From: a virus
Lineage: Duplodnaviria > Caudoviricetes
Virus record (IMG/VR): IMGVR_UViG_3300011338_000078
Coordinates: 1 to 34,898 of that record
DNA: 34,898 bases
Reading direction: 5' to 3' (one strand)
Translations under genes and position numbers: made by a program
The notes under the pieces: generated by a model
Told to the model about the DNA's origin: nothing
The model's input: the letters and a program-made list of their open reading frames with translations, nothing else
The model's database searches: none
In this document: positions 34,032 through 34,898 of the stretch, one piece after another
How the letters are laid out: each line of letters begins with the position of its first letter
Position numbering within the stretch: position 1 is the first letter of the stretch

Positions 34032-34898
34032 ATGGCAGATTCAACTACGACAAACCTACTACTCACCAAGCCAGAGGTAGGGGCAAGTACCGACACCTGG
34101 GGTACAAAGATCAATACCGACCTTGACACGGTGGATGCATTGTTCACTGCTGGTGGCACAGGTACTTCTGTCGGCCTCAATGTCGGTTCTGGCAAGACGC
34201 TGGCGGTGGCGGGGACTCTGACAAGCACCGGCACTTCATCCTTCTCTGCTAACCCAACATTCTCAGGCGGCACAGCCAACGGGGTAACCTACCTTAACGG
34301 CAGCAAGGTACTGACAAGTGGTAGTGCGCTAACCTTTGACGGGACTAACTTTGCCACTACCGGCACGGCAACGGCTGCAAAACTTATCCCCACCGGCTCT
34401 AGCGTAACTGGTAACGGCTTGTACCTTCCTGCTGCCAACAGCGTAGGTCTATCTACCAATGGCACAAACGCTGTCTATATCGACTCAAGTCAAAACGTAG
34501 GGATAGGGACAAGTTCGCCAAGCACATACGGAAAGTTTGTTGTATCAGGTAGCAACAATTCTGGTGTTGCAACATTTATTGGTAACGCATCGTTAACAGG
34601 TTCTGCTCCTACATACCAAGGCTCAATTCGTTTAATTGATAACCCATCATCAGCAACTGCTGCTAATGGCGGTATTGAGTTTCTTACGTCAACTTTTGGT
34701 TCTGGCTATGGATTCAAAATAGCATCAGTTGACAGTTCGGGTGTTTCGCTAACCTTTGCAATACGTCAAAACTCAGCCTCATGGACTGAGGCTATGCGTA
34801 TTGACAACGCAGGTAACGTGCTTGTCACTTCCGCTGCTGGTCTTGGCTACGGCACAGGCTCTGGTGGTACTGTTACACAGGCAACAAGCAAGTCAACA
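34032..34898 (+). CDS. Tail fibre protein, N-terminal part (380 aa in total, ends at 403 across the junction)
   Basis: [36 protein letters not shown] anchor and [14 protein letters not shown] repeat. Open to the window end, so missed by the ORF track. Confidence 0.88.
   Translation, partial: MADSTTTNLLLTKPEVGASTDTWGTKINTDLDTVDALFTAGGTGTSVGLNVGSGKTLAVAGTLTSTGTSSFSANPTFSGGTANGVTYLNGSKVLTSGSALTFDGTNFATTGTATAAKLIPTGSSVTGNGLYLPAANSVGLSTNGTNAVYIDSSQNVGIGTSSPSTYGKFVVSGSNNSGVATFIGNASLTGSAPTYQGSIRLIDNPSSATAANGGIEFLTSTFGSGYGFKIASVDSSGVSLTFAIRQNSASWTEAMRIDNAGNVLVTSAAGLGYGTGSGGTVTQATSKST
34772..34898. repeat. Terminal direct repeat (127 bp), copy 2
   Basis: Identical to 1-127. Confidence 0.97.

Overview
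Complete, circularly permuted genome of a tailed dsDNA phage, probably podovirus-like with a P22-type portal and ejection proteins. Bases 1-127 are identical to 34772-34898, so the unit length is about 34,771 bp and a 380-aa tail-fibre gene spans the junction. The order is: lysis cassette (599-2447); tail/head-closure and large internal virion (ejection) proteins (2466-13176); a leftward cluster of small translationally coupled early genes (13127-16353); a divergent control region with three operator-like palindromes and a Cro-like HTH gene; RuvC, PD-(D/E)XK nuclease, SSB-like protein and primase-helicase followed by an iteron/hairpin origin; then TerS, TerL, small basic proteins, two glycosyltransferases, a methyltransferase, portal, scaffold, capsid, adaptor and tail proteins. 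I could not recognise an integrase, DNA polymerase, tRNA or CRISPR array. The most striking unexplained element is a 28-bp dif (XerC/XerD)-like site bracketed by two perfect DnaA boxes between terS and terL. Also notable are a low-GC cargo domain on the last virion protein paired with a convergent small gene, and a possible virion glycosylation module. Family assignments come from motif recognition only; no searches were run.
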